This document shows, piece after piece, positions 54,987-64,000 of a DNA stretch of 64,000 nt. Below the pieces are notes generated by a model that was not told the origin of the DNA, ran no database searches, and was given only the letters and a program-made list of their open reading frames with translations. The stretch's first letter is position 1. Each line of letters begins with the position of its first letter. The position numbers and the translations under genes are program-made. The stretch spans positions 5,208,001 through 5,272,000 of the forward strand of contig CM022671.1 in NCBI GenBank assembly GCA_012295275.1, given 5' to 3'. The DNA is from Chrysomallon squamiferum (Eukaryota; Animalia; Mollusca).

Positions 54987-57611
54987 ATGCACATGTGTGT
55001 TTATAGTAGTCTGCATAACAAGTACAAAAATGTTAAAGAAAAAATAAAAGATAAATTGTCATAAACTAAACAATTTCAAAAATGTTATAATTAGTAATAC
55101 TTAAATAGGAAAACAAAATCAAAACACAGAAAATATTTAAAATAAAACAAAAAAGACCAAAAATACAATCATCTTAAAACTGCTTACTTAACAACTTTTT
55201 GCTAAACAGAGACACCAACACATCAAACTACTGCTCAGATCAGCCTTTTTCTTTCTTTCTTTCTTTTTTTTTTTTGCTTCCAGTAAATGGATTTTCGCAT
55301 GCAGCAAATTATAAATAAATCATTTGCTATTGTGTTCTAGAACATTACTGTTAATGTTTTTATTCTTGTTCATTATGTAATGGCTTATGTTGATATGCAT
55401 ACATTTTGTGTAACAGCAGCTAAGTAAGTTCACATGATTAGCTGGTATCACCGACAGACTTGGGGGTGGCTCATAATAATGTTTATACATGTTTATTTAT
55501 ACTCTGCTTTTGGTGTTTACAATTTATAAAAAAAAAATTACACAGCACTAGAATATCTGATTTTTTTTTTTTTTTTTTTTGTAATATGGTGATTGTAATA
55601 TGGTAATAGATATTCATACTGATCAAAGAAATCAGTTGTATATTTAATGATCCTTGTATAACTGGTTCATATACATGAATATCGGTGCATACACAGGCAA
55701 TATACAGATACAATCATAAATGCAATATAATAGATTACATATAGAGTACATTCACATATAATCATACAAACATACACAAACACACATTCCTATACACATA
55801 CATATACACATTTTATATAGACATGTACATGCATGCACGCACGCACGCAGACACACACACACACACACTCTCTCACACCACACATATACACTGATGCAAC
55901 ACCCTCATACACACATAAAGGTTTTCAGTTCACAGAAACTGTTTTTCTAACCTCAATATAAGAAGTATAAATTAACGTGGTTGTGTTCATGTATTGGTGT
56001 TTGCTAAAGGGGAAAAAGAGTCAAGCAGAGACCAGTGTTAGCAAACAGGGACATAACTGATTCTAAACGCCAGCTCACAACTTAATCCATTGGGTCATTT
56101 CTTGTGTAAACAGTCACCCCTTTACACCAATCACACAACTTCTATAAAAACCTTTCAACTGAAATTTTTTTATCATGCTGATGTTAAAAATTTTCCTAAT
56201 AAAAAGTTTCACTTAACACCTGTATTTGGGAACCTGTTAACACTTTGATAAAAAGATTCCGGGAAGGTGTAAAATTGAAGAACGATCTATAACAATCTTA
56301 AACTTTTTTTTTTTTTTTTTTTTTAAAAAGCCACCTCCCCTTTAACCTCCTTTTTTTGTGAAACCTATTAGCACATTTAACAAACTGTTTAACTAGAACC
56401 CAGTTTAATATATATATATGTATGGAATATTTTAAACTTTTTTAGCTTATTCATAATTTCAGAAAATCATAATAACTTTGGAACACATCTGATTTCTGCT
56501 TGAATAATTGTTATAGAGGTCCTGCTTACAACCCTTTTGTATATGGGAACATATTGTAATCTTACATAATGATTCTATTATTAATTAAACATGATCCTGA
56601 ACATTTACAATAGGGAAAAAAGTTTTTAAAAAAAACTATAAAAAAAAACCTCTCCCAAAACCCAAAAGGCTACATTACCCCTCTCAAAACGCAACAAAAG
56701 AACAACAAACACTGCCTCTCTCAGTTCAGGAACTTATTACTTCTTAAAGATCCTATTTAGCCAGTTATTACAAATAAGCCAAGCTCAGTTTCAGCTTTGG
56801 AACCATTTCAACTGTAGTAAAACATCCACAACAGGAATCTATTAGCATCTTACACAAATCCTGGATCTATATAAACGAGTTACAATACATTCCAGCAATA
56901 AATATCCTCAAACCAAAGACTTAACTTTAACAAAATGGTAAAAAAAAAAAGCCTTGCTTACCCTCTTCTTTTCAGAAATCCATAAGCACATTAAACAATA
57001 GTCCTGAAACAGCTTAAGTAATTGTATCAAGCCCAAAATACTTGATTTTAGCAGAACAGCATTAGAACAAAGTGTCCATGCAATGCGACTGACAAAGACA
57101 TTTACTGATGGTGGTGTATAATGACCCAGTAAGCTGTACTGTAGGTCTACACTGCTGACCAGACTACAGGCTTCTTCCTAAGGCAGCCAGTGATGATCGA
57201 TCAATGTTTTTAAAATCAATATCACATCGAGATTACAAACACTGGAGTGGACCATTACTTACAGGCAACAGGTTCTCTGTGGTCAGTAACACAGGAAAGC
57301 TCTAACTGCCTAAACACAGTGTTTTTCACTTGCATTTTTCACTGTTTTATTTTAATTTTTTTAAATGTAGAAAATGTCATTGCTTCATTAAGCATTTAAA
57401 TATAGTAATTTCATTTCTGTTCAGATGTAGAGCATTTTATTGCCTCATTAAGCAATAAAATGTAATGTATTTATATCTTTCCTTTTTTTTTTAATAGAGC
57501 AAAATACTAATAGTTTATTTTCATTAGCCATTTAAAAATATTATTTTTATTTTTAAAAAAAATTTAAAAATGGCTTCATTAATGGGGTTTTTGCCCTGAT
57601 TTTTTTTTTCG

Positions 57612-57645
<34 letters not shown>

Positions 57646-58584
57646 AAATTGTTATTGATTCATTAAACACTTAAAACTGAAAATTCTCTTCTTTTTTGAT
57701 CAATATCAATCAAAATATTACCCACTCCATTAAACTCTCAAATTAAATATTATTTTATAGCTGGTATTAAAGAGAAGCACATAACAGTACATTTAGCACA
57801 AATTAGGAAAACAAAACCCCAAAACAAACAAAAAAAACTTTCTCTGAAACACAATCACAACATGGCTTGCCTGAATACTCTTATTTTCATTTATTATTAT
57901 ATTTATTACAAAAAATTATAAAAAATTATAAATTAATATTATTTTACACTTTCTATTAAACAGAAGAGGATCAAAGTAAATTCAACACAAAAAACAAAAA
58001 ACCAATGTCTTTCCTCTAACAACTTCAGAATATGCCTTGCCTGATTACTAGAAACATTATATTTTATTATTATTATTATTATAATAATAAATAAATAAAT
58101 AAATAAATAAAAATAATAAGGCACCTTAAAATTATTTACAGCACAACATGTTTGTGTTTCTGTACAAAATCATAATTTCTGAAATATATAAAACACAGGA
58201 CATGCAAAGAAGTCATGACATCTCAGAATCAGCAATTTCAGTTTTCTTTTCTTATGAATGATACAGGAATAGTTCAATGCACTGGAGCACTGAGCAGAAC
58301 AGGAAATCAGTCATCAGGTACACTGTGAAGGACTGTTCCTTTGATCATCCCACCTCATTCTAAACCAATGAGCTGCAGCTCGCACACAACCCACCAGGGC
58401 AAATTTCACCTGCCTCTTTTCCTATCAACACACTCATAATCTGAAATGATATTTGCCCCAGGCTTCCCAGTCTGAAGTCAGTGACATAGCTAAATTCCAA
58501 CAAGAAAACGTTTTCTCTCTCAGATAACCCCCCATATACCCCCAAATACCCACCTATCCATGCACATACTCACAAGCACACACA

Positions 58585-58617
<33 letters not shown>

Positions 58618-59030
58618 CAAAACATAAACAGCTACAGATTGGAGAAATTATCTATGTAATTTAGAAAGTTAAGAATGAGGTTAAAAAAAAAGAAGAAAAA
58701 ATTATATTAAGAAGATGTATTTTTTAAAGTAATATTTTCAGTTAAAAAATGTTGGTTTGTTTATATGTATAAACAGGAGAGAAATGAAGAAAATAATAAC
58801 AGGGACAAAATCAGAAAAAGACTAAAGCAGAAAAAAATGAACGAAAGATGAAAAATGATGAATATAAAGATAAAAAAAAAAAAAATAAAAATAAAATGTT
58901 AGAAACGGTGTGAGACAGAGTGAGAAAAGAGACAGATGAGGACAAATTAAAAATTTTCCGACAGACATCCGACAACAAAGAACAAATCATCCAGTCACCT
59001 GAATGTGTCAGGTATGTGTTGATTGTTAGC

Positions 59031-59044
59031 AGCGCCCCCTGGAG
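59031..59044 (-). promoter_or_regulatory. CTCF-like motif
   Basis: Minus strand CTCCAGGGGGCGCT; keeps a CpG within a CpG-poor intron. Confidence 0.45.
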
Positions 59045-59963
59045 AGAAGCTTTCATGCGAGGGGAGTGGGGACAAGTTAGCTGTGAAAGAGACTTAATGA
59101 ACAAGTGTCAACAGTGGAGGGAGATGAAGGTGGGAACACAATGATTATTTTGCAGAGAGTGGGTGATATCAAGTGGATGCTGTAACAATGGAATTCAGAT
59201 TACCCTGTGTTGCTGTCCTGCTACTTAAAATACTCACTTTGTGAAAATTAAATTTATACATTTGAATGTCCACTGTGAAATTGGATGTGAATGAATTTTT
59301 TTTTTTTTTTTTTATGAATAGTTTGTTATTACTAATTGCAAATTAATATCTGTAATTTGTAATTTATGGTCTACAGATTAAAACCAAAATATTTGTTATT
59401 TCCACAGAGAAGTTTTATTCTGAATATGATATTTTTTACCTGCCTATATGTAGTTTCATACAACATTTTAATCTGTAAGTGCTTTTTCCCATTCCAATAA
59501 TCACTTCAATTCATAAAGGAAAATAAAATATAATTAAATAACTAAAGTTACTGTTATATAACAATCTCTAAGACTTTTACATCTATTAAATACAGTAAAT
59601 TATTTAAATTCTCTAGTCTTATTTCTTATTTAATATTATCAAAATGCTACATTTATCAGTTAATAGTAATTCAATCTAAATAAGTTCAATTGTCTAACAC
59701 ATAATATTTTCTGCAGGGCTATAATCTGTAACTTCCTGCCTGGCAGCCATATTGATTTTCATGAATAACCTGATGCAGCGATTATTTCTTGTCTAAGCTG
59801 GTATCACATAATCTGACAAAATGAAAGTGATATAACTGACTGAACTTGCTGTTTCAATGTAACAAACAGTCATATACAGGGCCTCTGGTTAATTAATTTA
59901 TTTTTAATTGACAGACAAAATCTGCCAATTCTGGGCAGTCAGCCTGAAGGAAAATATTTCAGA

Positions 59964-60007
<44 letters not shown>

Positions 60008-61745
60008 GAATAATAATAATAATAATAATAATATTAAGAAGAAGAAAAAGAAAGAAAAAACAGATTTTATAACAATATATCTGACCTTTTTAATATAAAG
60101 TTTTCAGTAAATATTATTTTTCTTATTTAATAGCAACAGAGAAGAAACTCACTGCTGTAATTTTTTTCATATTTAGTTTTACAATACAATATTTAAATGG
60201 CCAAGATTTGGCAATCATGGACCCATTTCTAAACCAAATCAAAAACTGTCCATTAATTCAGGTTTCACTGTATTCTACAAAAACTGAAACCAATCCGTGG
60301 TGACAACACATGTGGAAAGATCCCAACTACAACAACATCATATAATTTCAAACTAGTGGAAATGAATTCAGAGATGACCAGTAACACCAATTACTATAAG
60401 AGAATCTAAACTATCCCCTAGGTGATGTGAAAATACAGGCAGAATGCATGACTGGCCATAAATTTTGTGTGTTGGGACATTGTTCATTAATAAGAGAAAA
60501 TCACTTTGTAAATATTAGTGTTCAATATAGGAAGATGAAAAACTGTGTAACAGAAACTATTTGACAATTTACACTGCAAATTTTCAGATATTTGTTCATT
60601 AATATGACAAAAAGTTTTGTAATTATGTAAATATTACAAAATGAAAAACAAAAGAATAAAAAAATATGTGATGTTTTGTTTTTTTAACATATTTTTCTTC
60701 AATATGTTATATAAAACAAAAATAATAAATATATAAAAAGACATCTGGATATATATGCATTAATAATTAAAGCAAAGAAATACTGATTGACATATAATTT
60801 ATAAACAATTAACAATTGTAATAAAATTTTAATGATTTGAATGTTACACATATATATTTATTCATTAAAATATCTTTATAAATAACAGATTTTTTTACTT
60901 TTTTCTTTTAATTTAAATTTTTTTTTTTTTTTCAGTAAATATTTAATCTTTTATTACTGCTTTTCAGATGATGAAATGTTTCATAAATCAGTAAAAACGT
61001 CCTGTTTATTATCACACAGTTTTAAACTTTGTAATTTTGTAAATCTTGTTACAAAGATAAAAATACCAAAGATTTAAATACAACTGTATAATTTTTTTTT
61101 TTTTTTTTTTTTTTTTAAATAAAACCATTGTAAAGTGTATTGCAGGGTGACAGAAAACTGGTTGTTAGAACTGTTTTAGAAATAGATTCAGGGTAAAAGT
61201 CACTAACACAGATCTCTATCTCTTATCTGACTTTATGTCTGGCCTGCAGACATATGTATCATTAATAAACATTTCCTTTTTCTGTTTTTTTGTTTTTTTT
61301 TTTTGTTGTTTGGTGTGTGTTTTTTTGTCTGTTGGTTTTTGTGTTTTTTTTATATATATATATATATTTAATAACAAAACATTTAAAAAGGAGGTCCAGG
61401 CAGAGAGAGAAGGACTGAAAGAAAGAGAAAGATTAATTACTTGACTTCTTAAAAGAAGAAGGGAAAAAAACCCAAAAAATTAGAAACAAAAATAATGTAG
61501 TTTTCTATAGGAAAGTGTATATAAAAAGTTGCTTGTTCCAAGTCAATGGACATATTAAATGGTGTGAATGAATCATTATCAAATAGAAAAAAAGTCTTGG
61601 GTTAGACACACAATAAAATTAACATTAAAATAAAACCAGTTATCTGTAAACTAATATTATTTCTTTCTGTATTCTCTAAATAGAACCAACACAAAGAAAG
61701 AAAACATCTTTGAGCCTTCATAACATAAAAATATAACAACTAAAC

Positions 61746-61817
61746 TTCCACTGACAAGAATTGAACCAGGATCCTCAGTGATATAATCCAATGCTCTACC
61801 AAGAGAGCTAACAAGAA
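61746..61817 (-). mobile_element. tRNA-like SINE head or tRNA pseudogene
   Basis: Minus strand has A box TAGCTCTCTTGGTAGAGCA and B box GGTTCAATTC at tRNA spacing. Stems are broken and no CpG remains. Confidence 0.6.
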
Positions 61818-63859
61818 AATTCTCCCCAGTTATTTGCCAGTATTAACACATTATATTGTACATTACCATCACATTACTGCAGACCAAAATATTTAAGAAC
61901 AACAATACTGTGATATCCTGTGCTCAAAAAAAACACAGTGCAAAACAGTTAACATTTTTCCAAATTGAAAATGATGGTGTTTAGTACATCTGACATACAG
62001 AGACACAGACCTACTGAAATACAGTGAAGTACCTCTTGTCATTAACAGTTATTAAAATAAGTGTACTGCTGGTGAGCTCTTCAGTTTGGGAAACCACAGG
62101 AAATGGTGCTTGAAGTATTAAGTGAGGTTTAAGTGATCACTGTAAGTGAAGTGGTAACATCATGTTTAACTATAATAATACTTCTAATTGTTTTGTGAAT
62201 CTGTATGTGAAAAATAATAATAATAATAACAGAAGATTTATAGTGTTAGTACAATTTTGATGGTTGTGGTGTAGTAGTAGAAATGAAAACAACAAAATAA
62301 ATAGGAAATTATGTATTAAAACTGATGTTTTCCTCTACTAAATACTTCCATTTTTAAAACACATTAAAGGTAGAAGACTGTTCCAGTGTACTAGCACTGT
62401 ATACATAATTAGATGAATCACTTCCTGACATTTCCCACCAACCTATCTCAGCATTCCATTTGTATTATCTGTCCCACCTCCACACTGTAATTGAGTTAAA
62501 CCATTTATCTTGAAAAAAAAAAGAGAGAGAGAGAGAGAATGAGAGAGAGCAAGAGAAAGAGAGCGAGAAAATCTGATCTTATTCCATTATGATCACCAAA
62601 TTTATTTACTGTTAACAATACAAAAAAATAAACTGAATTTAAAATAAAATTTAAAAAAAAAAAAAAAAAAATCAGACACCACCAAAAACTGCATTCTGTC
62701 CAACTTACCAACATCAAGAAATTTCAAATTCTCAAAATCTAACTCTGAGACCTCAATCAACTTTGCCAAACTTCTCCAAGCCTCTGTGAACGAGTGAGAC
62801 CCACACATGATGTTCTGACTAATTGTACCTGTAACCCACACCAGTACAAACACAGGAACATTAATTAAAAATATACACGGTCACAACAATAGCTCGTGGG
62901 TGGAGCTGACCTGCTTCAGAGCGCTCTGTGTTGCTTACCTGACCTTGCATATGTGTATTGTAACTCGCATGGATGGCCACAGTCATGGTGGTCACTAATG
63001 GACAATGGGATATATATTTTTAAAGGTCTCGTGACCTTGGAACGTAGATGTATTTATCAAAAGTGTGTATAAATAACCGCTAATTGAAAATATTCTTAAA
63101 TATTAGACGTAGCTTTGTGTCAGTGAAAGTACTGTTTAAAGAAATACACACACATACAAACAGATTAACAGACACACACACACATCCACTGTCACAAACA
63201 CAGTAATATTTCTTTTAAACCTCAAAACTCACAAGATAATTTTTTTTTATATACACACATGTACTGCATATAATTTTATACATTACATACATGTATACAT
63301 TAACTGAATGCAATAAAAATTCTGTTGTTTTACATCCTTCACCATGACAATTTAATACAAAGTTTGCCACAACATGTTGAACTACTCATGCTCTGCACTT
63401 TATGAAATGAAAAACAATATCAAGCAGACTAGGTAAATATCATGTTACCTCGGCCAATTATAACTCTTTAAATACTCAAAACCATTTGAAAAAAAAGCAA
63501 AAACAAGCAATGTGTTTTAAATTTAATGCATAATTTTTTTTTTTTTTTTATTAAATTAAGTGAAAGAAAAATAGTTATCTAGTTTGTTTTCTTCACAGAA
63601 TGAAAGAGATTTAAAAGCTGTTTAAAAAAGTAAGACTAAAAAGTTGGAGAAGAAAAAAAAAAAAAAATTCTTATGATATCTTTTAAAAGTTCTACTAACT
63701 AGAATAGATCCTTCAATCTGTGGCACCTGAGATCAACATTCATAAATGAAGTTGTTGTCAGCAGACAGGAATTTCGATTTGGATTATGAGTCATCAGTTT
63801 AACATTACCATAATCTGTGAGTACATATGTACCTATACTGGCAAATGAAAATAAAAAAA

Positions 63860-63906
<47 letters not shown>

Positions 63907-64000
63907 AAAAAAAAAAAAAGATTAAAAAAAAGTAATACTAAAAATAAAAAGAAATAAAATAAAATAAAATAAAATAAAATAAAAAATAATAAAATCGCTG

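Noticed and set aside
60245-60273. Tc1/pogo-like terminal repeat end (minus strand TACAGTGAAACCTG)
   Set aside because: Single short match with no partner repeat or transposase remnant nearby
61746-61817. Functional tRNA gene
   Set aside because: Acceptor and anticodon stems do not pair properly; more consistent with a decayed SINE head

Overview
AT-rich, microsatellite-dense animal genomic DNA, probably a mollusc or other lophotrochozoan. The evidence is an intron-containing USP gene, a dystroglycan and mollusc-type SINE relics. Nearly all ORFs in the supplied track are microsatellite or antisense artefacts. Three spliced genes can be read by hand. (1) The last two exons of a universal stress protein gene (+, 3059-3660). 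(2) A small gene the ORF track captures only in part (+, CDS join 8524-8668, 8956-9081, 9618-9697; 116 aa). It encodes a signal peptide, a Trp-rich cationic amphipathic peptide and an acidic EF-hand propiece, so it is a candidate host-defence peptide precursor. Its splice acceptor, start codon and first 8 codons are amplified into an array of about 20 copies of a 30-bp unit. (3) Dystroglycan (-, CDS join 39252-38923, 31339-29054; 871 aa), with the vertebrate intron position and cleavage motifs but no terminal PPxY motif. A sharp switch from CpG-rich to CpG-poor sequence near 24.4 kb suggests a methylation-domain boundary. All calls come from manual reading; no database searches were run.
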